A DNA stretch of 64,000 nucleotides from Camelus dromedarius. Lineage: Eukaryota. The DNA lies in contig NC_087436.1 of NCBI RefSeq assembly GCF_036321535.1, positions 68,450,001-68,514,000 of the forward strand, written 5' to 3'. The position numbers and the translations under genes were made by a program. Below the pieces are notes generated by a model, which saw nothing but the letters and a program-made list of their open reading frames with translations, made no database searches and had not been told where the DNA came from. This document shows, one piece after another, positions 1-11,361 of the stretch; positions within the stretch are counted from its first letter, which is position 1, and each line of letters opens with the position of its first letter.

Positions 1-1176
1 TTACAGAGAAGTGGAAGCAAGGCAAGGAAATTATTTCCTTGGCTAGATCTCAAGCAGTTGTTCTAACTGGGAAAGCCCAGTTGGCTGTTTGTGCTTGGCT
101 GTCCTTAGGTGTTGATTCACTGGGTAGGCTTGGGCTTTGGGTCACTTACATGTGCTACTAAGGTATTAGAACCTCCTCAGTCTAACGGCCTCCTTGTTCA
201 ATTAATTTAACACAAGCATGTTGACTCTATATGGCAACTTCTCTGGAAAGACTGTAAGAAGGAGCTACTCCTCACAGAGGTCCCTGAAAGAGAGAAAGGA
301 CGGGGATTTATGTGCCAGGCTCCCATTTTTTTACTGATCAAGGTTCACCCCCATGGAAATCTAGAGTATGCAATCTAGTCCCTTCTGTTCACTTAGGAAA
401 CCAGTTACCACTCCTAGGGGATGGTGTGTGTTCAAGTCGAAGCTTGGAGGGAATACCTGGTGAGGGTGAGGTACCAACTGAAGGAAAAGTGGAAAGGAAG
501 GGAAGGAGGGGTCAGGGAGGAAGGAAGGAAGGAGAGAGACTTTGAGATGCATATTTATCTTTGGTTCCAACATCGCATCCCTTCTTGTTTCTATGTTTTA
601 GACTCAATATGTAAAATAATTACATGAATTTTCCCCCAGAACATGCTAATTAGAGATTACAGGTGAGACTGCTTTTTTATATGCTCTTGAAGAAGCTCCT
701 CAGAATGCTTTCCAGTTTATGGACATTAGCGTTATCTAATTAGTATCTGCAGCTTCCACTAAATAGTAAGTTTTTGATAACAAAGATCACATCTGATGTG
801 TGTTTCCATTATTCCTCCAGTCACTGGCACTTAGTAGGAGCTCAGCAGATCCTGGATGAATGAACACATGCATGGGTGAGATGAGTGCCCCAGATTCAGT
901 CACTGAGTTGCTGGCACTCAGCTACACCTCGGCTAGCTTCTCTAGTGATACTGTTATATAGCTGTAAAACATTTTTAATCTTTGTGGTATTTTTTGAATA
1001 GTCTGTTCTTCAAGGCTTATAAACATCAAATGGTCTTGTTTTTTTCTCTTTGTGTGTTAAGTCCCCCTCTCCTCATCTTCTATTTCTAGCTCTTGGGATT
1101 TTTAAACATGGGAAAGGAATTTGAGAAAAACGGTGTCTTTTTATTTGTGGCTGCTGCTGTGGGCTCTCTAAGACAT

Positions 1177-1196
1177 GGACGCCCTCTGGTGGCAGC
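1177..1196 (-). promoter_or_regulatory. CTCF-binding motif (candidate)
   Basis: Minus strand reads TGCCACCAGAGGGCGTCC, a close match to the CTCF core CCACCAG(G/A)GGGCG. Confidence 0.65.
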
Positions 1197-2040
1197 TGCC
1201 CAAATGCTGAAGAACGGGAGAGGTGAGGCAAGGCAAGGCAAAGTGGAGAAGAGAATGTCTAAAACTGGATAAAACTATCAAAAACAACCATTATGGGGCA
1301 CTAGGCATCCTCACTCCAAGCTATCGATTGTTCCTAATCTTCATCTCCATCTGACTTTCTGGCCTTTGTCCTTTGCTTTCAAATCACTACCAGGTGATTA
1401 GATGCCTAAAGCTCATCTAATTCCTGTGGTGATGGCGGTATTGATAAGTATGAATGCTGTGATGGTTTAGCCTTTGAAGAACCCAGCAACGCATTTGCAG
1501 TTACTGGATTCTTCAAAGCCTTACCTGTAAGGAAGAGAGGGAAATGATCATCTTGAGCACTACTGCAAATCAGTGAGGGAGATATTTTAGATGAGAAAGG
1601 GAATGATTCTTTCAGCTCTTAAATCTATCATTTATCTAAGCTGCTGCCTCCTTTCCTTCCTAAAAGCATTGCAATCTATATTTGCAAAGTTAAGGAGAAT
1701 TATCATAATTTTATAAGATTTTTGTGACACATTTTGAGATAATTGGAGGCCTCCTGATGTGCCATAAAACCAGGGATTGAAATTCCCTGCAGTAAATGAT
1801 CTGATAGTTTGTGGAAAGCTTATGCATTGAGTTACCTCCAAAATGAGACCAAATACCCAAATTCTCCCTCCAGAGCCTTGGTTCTAAACCTTAAATTATT
1901 CTGATCCGCTTTCACAGGAGCTACATGTGACAACTGAGTATAATTGCTAGAGGTACTGTATTTTGGATGATGCGTTACGTCTTTCTCTTCGATAAAGTCT
2001 GACCGTTCGTCAGAAATTGAGCTGTTTAGATTACAGGTTC

Positions 2041-2060
2041 AGAGCGCCACCTGCTGGTAT
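2041..2060 (-). promoter_or_regulatory. CTCF-binding motif (candidate)
   Basis: Minus strand reads ATACCAGCAGGTGGCGCTCT, matching the CTCF core CCAGCAGGTGGCGC. Confidence 0.65.
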
Positions 2061-2098
2061 AATACGTAAACTCATGCACCTTTCCTTGATAGTTAATA

Positions 2099-2505
2099 CA
2101 GGTGTCCCCGTTTTTTGAGAGTTCGCATTACACCACTCCGCTTTTATGAAAGACCTACATTAGTACCTGTTGCTGACGGAAAGAAATCAGAAGAGGATTT
2201 TCACTTTCACAAAGACAGTGAAAAGCAAAAGTAGCATTCACTGTTTTGCAGCAGCAGTTACAGAGGCAGCTCGCGCCCCTCACAGGGAGAGTGGCACCAC
2301 CAAGCTCCTTCCCTGGGAACCACTCCCAGCATCTCAGCATCCAGCCGCCATAGATTTGAATTGTGTATGTGAACATCTGTGCTTTATCTGGATTTACTTC
2401 GTGCAACCTTAGCACAATGTGTCCTAAGGTAACTGCTGCTTCACTTTATGCCATTTCGGCTTAGAAGGGTTTCACAGGAACCCTTTCCAATAGCAGGGAC
2501 ACTTG
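2099..2505. mobile_element. Tigger-type non-autonomous DNA transposon (MER82-like MITE)
   Basis: TA at 2097-2098 is followed by CAGGTGTCCCCG; the right end reads CAAGTGTCCCTG on the reverse strand (imperfect TIRs). The internal sequence resembles the recalled MER82 consensus. Confidence 0.6.
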
Positions 2506-4204
2506 TCCTCTGGTCAGATTTCCATTACCAAAAATCAAAACAATGAAAATTTATCTCAGAACCAAAGTAATTAACGTATATCAAAATGTGTGCGTCCTCT
2601 TCCTAAGAGTATTCAAAACCTTCTGAGGAAAAAAAAAACAAACAGAGAACTCAAGAGTTAGAAAACCTGACTTGGCTCTACCATTTTCTAGACAGGGGAC
2701 CATGAACGAGTTTTTAACATCACTGAACCTCAGGTTTGTAATCCATAAAATTTGGATTACAAAAACTGTTCTGAATGGAATAAGATACCATAGCACGCTG
2801 AGGAAGGATGAAAATGTGCTGAAGGTTGGGGAGTGAATGCAGAATGAGGAATTTGCTTCCATTGATCCCAAGTCCTGCCAGATGAGATTTGCAGTTTGGG
2901 AAAAATAAGAGAAGATACTGGTCGTTGATTAAAAGACATCATACAAGGGATATAACCTGGGGGGTGGGTAGGGACTGAAACCTAGACTTGGGGGAATAAA
3001 ATGAAAAGCCAAGAGGCTAGAGATCATAATAAGATGAAAGGGTAAACTGTAAATAGGGAAGAGAGGGTCTCAGAGAGTAAATCCCAAAGCATTCCAGAAG
3101 ATGACAGTGCCACAAGTGTGAATAAAGGTCTATGTCAGGGGGTACAGGTACCACAGGCTGGGTGTTGGCTAAATTATCCAATGGATGTTGAATGGCTGAT
3201 GGCAGCAGAAAGAGAAGACCATCAGCAGGAGTCAAGGTCCTTATAAAATACAAGGGAGAGACCAATACAAGGATGGATAGAGGATGGCACAGGCGATGGC
3301 ATCAGTGCCAATGCAGGTGGAATTTTAGCTTGAGGATGGGAGTTTCCATCATCAATCTCTCACTCCATATCTCCCTTCCTCCCTCTCAATCTCTCTCTCA
3401 TTCTCCATAATTAGAGTGTCCAAAAGTCTTACTGTAGTTTTAAGTTTTAATAACTCCAAAATTATAAATGCTCCAAAATTCCAAAACACTTCATTGAGGG
3501 TTTAACTATTTAAATTTTATTCACTCTTATTAAGCTTTGTTGGTTTTTAAGTATAAATTTTTCATTTTAATTTGCAGTTTCAGTCAACGTTTGCCATCTT
3601 CAGTCAGAGGGACTGAATATATTTATTCAGCCAAGATTGATTAAGACCATCCAGCCTACTAAGATTCACAAGTGCCCCCAGCAGGAGATGGGGGGACTTT
3701 GATTCCTAGTTCATTGAAATAACTATTTGATACGGGAAGATTGTCTTCTCTCCTCAGTATGACCCACTTCATTCAGACACACATATTCTCACATTCACAC
3801 ATACACAGGTATACACAGAGACCAATTCAAAAGCCTTGAACATGAGAAAGCTTCCAAGTTTGTTCCTGGAGGTGCACAAAACAGCTGGTCAACTATTAAG
3901 ACACAACACTATTTCAATTTCAAAACATAAAGTTCTACTCCTGGGAAAATTTTGCTAAATGTCTCAGGTAATACCTTAGATTCCCTGACTTTTAATTTGT
4001 CCTTTATCTCTTGTAAAAAGAAGTCAACTACATTAAAAACGTATTTTAATAAAACTGCAGTCAATTTTACTACATATATATGGTATATACTAGATTGTGT
4101 CAGTATATTGTCTATTATATATAATACTATGTATGAAATGTATTTTCTTATAAGTAAAAAAAACTGAGGCTATGCTATTTCCAGCATGTGTCCAGGGGTG
4201 GGAG

Positions 4205-4400
4205 AGTAGAACACTAAAAGCAAGGACTCTGCACTCAAATGACCTGCATTCAAAATGTGATTCTTTCACTTATTATTAGTGAAGTAATTGTTGGCTAGTT
4301 AACCACTTTGAGCCTCAGTTTCTTCTATATAAAATGGGGATGGTAATAATACTCCTCCTCTCATAGGTTCATGGGGAGGATTTAAAGAGATAACATACAG
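4205..4400 (+). mobile_element. MIR SINE
   Basis: MIR core gagcctcagtttcttctatataaaatggggatggtaataatact...; boundaries approximate. Confidence 0.7.
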
Positions 4401-5002
4401 AAAGCCATACAGATACACAAGAAGGTTGTCTTTTATTGTGCAGTTGGCTCAGTCTTCCCATCACCTCCCCACTTCCATGCTCCTTCTCCATTAAGCCTAA
4501 TAATCTGACTTCCCTCAGCAATAATTTGAAGTGGGAAGTTAAACCTAACTTGCCCCTGAATCTTCTTTTTCCAAATTCACTCCAGAAAAATATGTTTCTT
4601 TTTCCCGTGATCTCCTCTCTCTATATAAGAATTTGGGGCCAAAATGTAAGACAATTAGCTTCATTTGAATTTCCGGGAGATCTTAGCATACTTGAGCTCT
4701 GTGTCTACTCACTGCAATCAACTTTAAATGCTAGATTCTAATATACGAACATCAGATTCTTTTCAAACCAAAAAGAAATGTGGACTTATTTTTGGCAAGC
4801 CAAATCCTCATTCCTTGGTGTTCCTTGACACAGATGAAATGGAGATTTTCTAAAGGTTAAAATATTTCTGGAAACCATAACTATTATGCCTAGCTTTAAT
4901 TAATTAACCCTTCCACTGAATTAATGACAGGGTTAATTAGCGCAAACGGATACATCACTTAGTTTGGAGAAAGTAAAAGGAATTGGAGATTTGAATCATT
5001 CT

Positions 5003-5036
5003 CTTGCCATCTTGTGGTTTTATTCTCACACTGCAA
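5003..5036 (-). promoter_or_regulatory. CTCF-binding motif with upstream (U) motif (candidate)
   Basis: Minus strand reads TGCAG-N14-CCACAAGATGGCAAG: a core plus TGCAG at the usual upstream-motif spacing. Confidence 0.55.
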
Positions 5037-5929
5037 TGTGTTAAACTGATCTCTATAAAAGCTAGATAGATACATTGTTCATCGATATCATTATTGTATC
5101 TCCTCATAGTATTTAAAGCTGCCATTTAAAACTACTAGATGATTGCATTTGGTCTTTTTTTTTTTTTATGCCAGATACTCAAATCAGCCTTGACATCCTT
5201 CTAAAGGGGAGAATGTTCTCATATACTGTGGGCAAGAAATGAGACAAGAGGCTGTGAGAAACAGTTGTTCTCAAAGGAAGGCCAAAACCTGCACAGTTCT
5301 GTGGGTGTCTTACTGAGAAGCTACATTCTCCGCATCCTAGTTTTTATCAGGACAACTAAGGATACCTTTGGAAGATGCGATCAACAATTTAGACTACTTA
5401 TCTTGCAGACAAAGTATTGTTGTGTTATTGCTGTTGTTGCTTTTGTTAACTTTCCATTCTCATGTCAGGATGCACATCTCCTTACTTCTCTTACTTCATT
5501 AGAATGACTGCTGACAAGGAGTCTGGAAGTTAACCTCCTCTACAGAGACCTCTGCATTAACTAGGAAGACACAGCCTCAGGTTATCAGTAGCTGGTCAAG
5601 AAAATGTTCTCCAACTCCTGGTTCACTTTTATTTCCACCACAGGCTGAAAACATGATCTTATTTACATAGTACATGTAAAACAAAAATTCTCCTGTTTCG
5701 ATGACTCCATAAAAGGAGTACTAGAGACAAGCTTTGAAGCTAAAATAGAACCCACAGCTAAAATAAGCAAGTCTATAATTTCCAAGTAAGACTCTATGAA
5801 CACTGGACTACATGCACATCCATCCTTAAATAATGCCCTGCATTATCTCAGAGATAACATTATAAATAAATTCACTAGAAAAGACTTCTTAACCTGGATT
5901 AGTTAACTATTAAAGCAAAAGGTTAGTCG

Positions 5930-6430
5930 AGTAATCTGTGTAAGTTAGCTGCATAATAAACCACACCAAAACTTAGTGACTCAAAATAAGAATTCGGCAG
6001 GTTAATAATCTGGGCCAGGCTCAGCCAGGTGATTCTTCCAGTCTTCACAGTGTTCACCTATGTGTCTGTGGTCATTTACTGGGTTGGCTAGACAGTGGCT
6101 GATCCAGGATGACCTCAGCTGGGACAACTTATCTCTTATCCATGATTTCTCACCCTCCAGCAGGCTAGCCCAGGCTTATTTTTATGCGTCTGGGTAGGTT
6201 TCCAAGGCCTGTTAAGGCTGAAACTTGGGACTCATCTGAGAAGTATTTAAGGACTCTTGAGACCTAGGCTCAGATTTGGTGCAATTTCACTTCCGCTGCA
6301 TTCTGATGGCCAAAGGGAGTCACAAGGCCAGTGGAGTCACAAGGCCAGCAGAGTCACAAAGCCAGCAGAGCCACATTGCAAAGGGCATATAAACAGGGAG
6401 GCAGAAGATTGTGATCTTTTTTTTCCAATC
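5930..6430 (-). mobile_element. MaLR LTR (MLT1-type)
   Basis: Typical MLT1 phrases: gctgcataataaaccacaccaaaacttagtgactcaaaa, caggctagcccaggctt, cacttccgctgcattctgatggccaaa. Confidence 0.65.
6317..6375. repeat. 17-bp tandem repeat, ~3.5 copies
   Basis: gagtcacaaggccagtg / gagtcacaaggccagca / gagtcacaaagccagca / gagccaca. Confidence 0.9.
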
Positions 6431-7489
6431 TGACGATTTTATACCCAGCATATGTAACTACATCATCCTTATTTGAATATTTTCATATTTATTCCCATTC
6501 AGTTTAGACAGTGATGTAATACAGCAGACTCTCAGTGTTACCAAGACACTAATAATATTTCCATGGAAACTTATTCAAGCATTTTTATAAATTTTCCACA
6601 CAATACCTATTTTAACTTGACCATATTGTACACTAACTCCATAGGTTATCACTGGGAATTGATAATTAACTTCAATGCCACAGAGAAAATACTAATGTGT
6701 ATCAGTGGGAAAAGTAGTGAACTAGGAATCAAATAAAATAGTTGCATTTTGGTCCCACTTATGACTCCCTAAGATTGTGTCTTCATGAAAAAAATGTAAG
6801 GACCATGTAATTATCTGAATTCATGAATTCTACTAAATCAAAATAAAAGAACCTAATGAAGAGAGGAGAGAGAGAGGTGATGATGGAGAGAAAGAAGGCT
6901 AATGCTTTTCCTGAAATATTCTTATTGGGAGGTAGCCTGATTGAACGGAAAGAGCACTGGCTTGAGAAACAGAAGCTGGGCTCTATTCTCAGCCCTACCA
7001 CTTATTTGTTGGTGACCTTGGGGAAGAACTTAATATCTGTGTATATTAAGTGTATTAAGTACTGTGTACTGTGTATTAAGTATAGGGTATGTTTGCTCAT
7101 TTCCAGAAATTAAGTCAATGGATTTCAAAACTCCCTGCCAGCTCTTTATAAAAAAAAAAAAAAAAACAAAACTGTACTGACTGGGGAGGGTCCTGAGTTC
7201 ATCATATCATAACTATGCTTAATTCCCATCTTTCCCCCAACCTTCCTCTCCCTCCACTTCCCACCCATCCTGGGAAAAAATTTCCAAAAATATGTATGTA
7301 TGAGAATGGCCTCAATCCAGTTGGGCTAAGAGCAGCTGGACTATAAATGGGAGGATTCAGTGTCCTCACGTCGGTAGTGAGTATAACTTGTTTGACAGTC
7401 AGATTATGTGACAGACAAGACAGGACAAGCTGCCAACAGTAACAGTGTGATGGGGATAGGGGTGAAGAATGACAGTGACATGAAGGAAA

Positions 7490-7742
7490 TGAAGGCGATG
7501 GAATTAGTGCCCTTATAAGAGACAGGAGAGAGCTTGTTTCTTTTCTCTCACTCCTCTTCCAAAGTGAGGGCATGGTAAGCAGACATCTACTTGCAATTCA
7601 GGAAGTGGGACCTCACCAGACACAATCTACTGGTGCACTGATCCTGGACTTCCCTGCCTTCAAAGCTGTGAGGAATACATCTCTATTGCTTAGGTCACCC
7701 AGACAACGGTTATTTTATTACAGCAGCCTGAAAAGAATAAAA
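7490..7742 (+). mobile_element. MaLR LTR fragment (MLT1A/MST-type)
   Basis: ggaattagtgcccttataagaga ... cctcaccagacacaatctactggtgcactgatcctggacttccctgcc ... ttacagcagcctg. Confidence 0.7.
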
Positions 7743-7805
7743 TAACTTTAATCCAAGTGTTGCTTTCTTCCCATCTACTATTTCTTGCACAATATTTGTA
7801 TTAGT

Positions 7806-9925
7806 CGACCAAGTGGGGTTCATCCCAGGGACACAAGGCTGGTTCAACATACGCAAATCAATCAGTGTAATACATCACATCAACAAGAGAAAGGACAAAA
7901 ACCACACGATCATCTCAATCGATGCAGAAAAAGCATTTGATAAAATTCAACACCCATTTATGATAAAAACTCTCGCCAAAGTGGGTATAGAGGGAACATA
8001 TCTCAACATAATAAAAGCTATATATGACAAACCTACAGCCAGCATAGTACTCAACGGTGAAAAACTCAAAAGCTTCCCACTAAAATCTGGGACAAGACAA
8101 GGATGCCCACTATCACCACTCCTATTCAACATAGTCCTGGAAGTCCTAGCCACAGCAGTCTGGCAAGAGAAAGAAATAAAAGGGATCCAAATTGGAAAAG
8201 AAGAAGTAAAAGTGTCATTATATGCCGATGACATGTTACTATATATAGAAAACCCTAAAAGGTCCACAGAAAAGCTACTAGAGCTGATTGAAGAATTCAG
8301 CAAGGTAGCAGGTTACAAAATTAATGTTCAAAAATCAGTTGCATTTCTCTACACTAACGATAAATCAACAGAAGAAGAAAGTAAAGAAACAATCCCCTTT
8401 AAAATAGCACCCAAAGTAATAAAATATCTGGGAATAAATCTAACCAAGGAGGTGAAAGAATTATACACAGAAAACTATAAACCATTGATGAAGGAAATTA
8501 AAGAAGACTTTAAAAAATGGAAAGATATTCCATGCTCTTGGATTGGAAGAATCAATATTGTTAAAATGGTCACACTGCCCAAGGCAATCTACAGATTTAA
8601 TGCAATCCCTATCCAATTACCCAGGACATATTTCACAGAACTAGAACAAATCATAATAAAATTCATATGGAACCATCAAAGACCTAGAATTGCCAAAGCA
8701 TTACTGAAGAGAAAGAAAGAGGCTGGAGGAATAACTCTCCCAGACTTCAGACAATACTATAGAGCTACAGTCATCAAGACAGCATGGTATTGGTACCAAA
8801 ACAGACATATAGACCAATGAAACAGAATAGAGAGCCCAGAAATGAACCCACAAACTTTTGGTCAACTCATCTTCGACAAAGGAGGCAAGAATATACATTG
8901 GAATAAAGACAGTCTCTTCAGCAAATGGTGTTGGGAAAACTGGACAGCAGCATGTAAAACAATGAAGCTAGAACACTCCCTTACACCATATACAAAAATC
9001 AACTCAAAATGGATTAAAGACTTAAACATAAGACAAGATACAATAAACCTCCTAGAGGAAAACATAGGCAAAACATTATCTGACATACATTTAAAAAATT
9101 TTCTCCTAGAAGAAATAAAAGCAAGAATAAACAAATGGGACCTAATGAAACTTACAAGCTTCTGCACAGCAAAGGAAACCAGAAGTAAAACAAGAAGAAA
9201 ACCTACGGAATGGGAGAAAATTTTTGCAAGTGAAACCGACAAAGGCTTGATCTCCAGAATATATAAGCAGCTCATACGACTCAATAAGAAAAAAATAAAC
9301 AACCCAATCCAAAAATGGGCAGAAGACCTAAACAAGCAATTCTCCAAGGAAGACATACAAATGATCAAAAGGCACATGAAAAAATGCTCCATATCACTAA
9401 TTATCAGAGAAATGCAAATCAAAACTACAATGAGGTATCACCTCACACCAGTCAGAATGGCCGTCATTCAAAAATCCACAAATGACAAATGCTGGAGAGG
9501 CTGTGGAGAAAGGGGAACCCTCCTACACTGCTGGTGGGAATGCAGTTTGGTGCAGCCACTATGGAAAACAGTGTGGAGATTCCTCAAAAGACTAGGAATA
9601 GACTTACCCATATGACCCAGGAATCCCACTCCTGGGCTTGTATCCAGAAGGAAATCTACTTCAGGATGACACCTGCACCCCAACGTTCATAGCAGCACTA
9701 TTTACAATAGCCAAAACATGGAAACAGCCTAAATGTCCATCAACAGGTGACTGGATAAAGAAGAAGTGGTATATTTATACAATGGAATACTACTCAGCCA
9801 TAAAAACCGACAACATAATGCCATTTGCAGCAACATGGATGCTCCTGGAGAATGTCATTCTAAGTGAAGTAAGCCAGAAAGAGAAAGAAAAATACCATAT
9901 GAGATCGCTCATATGTGGAATCTAA
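7806..9925 (+). pseudogene. Disrupted L1 ORF2 fragment (reverse transcriptase + C-terminal domain)
   Basis: ORFs 7813-8820 and 8842-9615 share a frame, split by TGA at 8818-8820 where L1 has Trp (DQW). An extra C at 9607-9609 shifts the tail into the 9638-9925 frame. Confidence 0.93.
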
Positions 9926-10263
9926 AAAACAAAAACAAAAACAAACAAACAAACAAACAAACAAAAACAAAGCGTAAATAAAGGACAGAAATAGACTCAC
10001 AGACAGAGAGTACAGACTTGTGGTTACCAGGGGGGTGGAGGGTGGGAAGGGATAGACTGGGATTTCAAAATTGTAGAATAGACTACACTGTATAGCACAG
10101 GGAAATATACACTAAATTTTATGATAACTCACAGAGAAAAAAATGTGACAATGAGAGTGTATATGTCCATGAATAACTGAAAAATTGTGCTGAACACTGG
10201 AATTTGACACAACATTGTAAAATGATTATAAATCAATAAAAAAATGTTAAAAAAAAAAAAAAA
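7806..10263 (+). mobile_element. Young 5'-truncated LINE-1 (RT half of ORF2, 3' UTR, poly(A))
   Basis: Starts at DQVGFIPG. Contains [14 protein letters not shown] (8221-8232) and the C-terminal [21 protein letters not shown]2 stop at 9925, AATAAA at 10235-10240, poly(A) at 10249-10263. Confidence 0.97.
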
Positions 10264-10589
10264 GGAGAGTTCACATCTGGTCAGGGAATGGAGAATGTTA
10301 CATTAAGGGGGTGGCGTTCAAACCAGCCCCTTAAAGGTGAGAAGGGCGGGCAGGAATTAACAAGCATTGTATTGTAGTTGGAAATAAAAGATTCAGAAAA
10401 TGAATGAGTCTGAAAATTTTGGTGTTTAGAGAACATGGGATGCTCTCATTTATTAAAGCATGTATATGTGTAGGGAGGTGGTGAGTAAAGACTTTTTTAA
10501 AGTACTATAGAAACCAATTATTGAAGATAATTATAGAGCTAAAGAATTCGGATATTAGCCCAAAGAACAAGTACACTCAACAATTCACT

Positions 10590-10732
10590 TAGGTCATTTG
10601 TTAAAAATAAAGTTTCCTGAGCCCTATTCACAAATTAATAAATCAGAATCTCTGCCAACTGAGGCTCCAGAGTGCACACTTGTAGCTAGCTCCCCATGTA
10701 TTGTTTATCATACTAAAATCTGAGAACCACTG
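10590..10732. mobile_element. MER5A-type hAT MITE
   Basis: catttgttaaaaat...aatcagaatctctg...tgagaaccactg. Confidence 0.6.
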
Positions 10733-11229
10733 CAGGAGGTGGTTGGAAACTATTAAATGGTCCTGAAAATTTCTGAGCAAGGGAATGACCAAATTAGTCC
10801 ATCCTTTTGGACGATGGCTAATAACAAAAGGTGGCAAGCATATAATAAAGGAAACATTACAGACAAAGCAGTAGATAGGTCTGGGAGGCTAATGCAACAA
10901 TCAAGTCAAGAAACAATGATGGCTGGAATAAGGGTGGATATAAAGGGCTCTACTTTGTCATGTAAAACACATGCCAAAAGTAGGAATCTAGGATTTTATA
11001 ACTATACTATATAAGAGGATGAAAGGAAGAAAGCATCTAGGAAGACTAAGGTTGCAAGCCTAAGTAGGTTAGGTAGTGTTAATTAAAAGTAGGGTAGTCA
11101 TAAGGGAAAGCTTTCTGGGCATCTAACCAGAATACATGATGGATTCAGACTGAGACATGTTGAGTTTGAGATTCTGGTCGGACACCCCAAGCAAGACATT
11201 CAACTGGCAGCTTGGAATATACACTGGAG

Positions 11230-11361
11230 GGCGGTGGATATAGCTCTGTGGTAGAGTGCATGCTCAACATAGAACAAGCTTAGCATACTCGAAGTCTTGG
11301 GTTCAATCCTCAATAACTCCATTAAAAACAACAACAACAACAACAACAACAACAAAACCAA
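11230..11361 (+). mobile_element. vic-1-like tRNA-derived SINE with 14-bp TSD
   Basis: A/B-box head (tagctctgtggtagag...gggttcaatcc) and (CAA)n tail; TSD aatatacactggag at 11216-11229 and 11362-11375. Confidence 0.88.

Noticed and set aside
312..627. Three overlapping short ORFs
   Set aside because: They span a low-complexity GGAA-rich tract and have no recognisable protein features.
7947..9683. Minus-strand ORFs of 65-186 aa (7947-8303, 8701-8898, 8862-9422, 9468-9683) as novel genes
   Set aside because: They are antisense shadows of the A-rich L1 ORF2, with no independent gene signals.
7813..9925. L1 RT as an active or domesticated reverse transcriptase system
   Set aside because: It is 5'-truncated with no promoter, ORF1 or endonuclease, and carries a nonsense codon and a frameshift.
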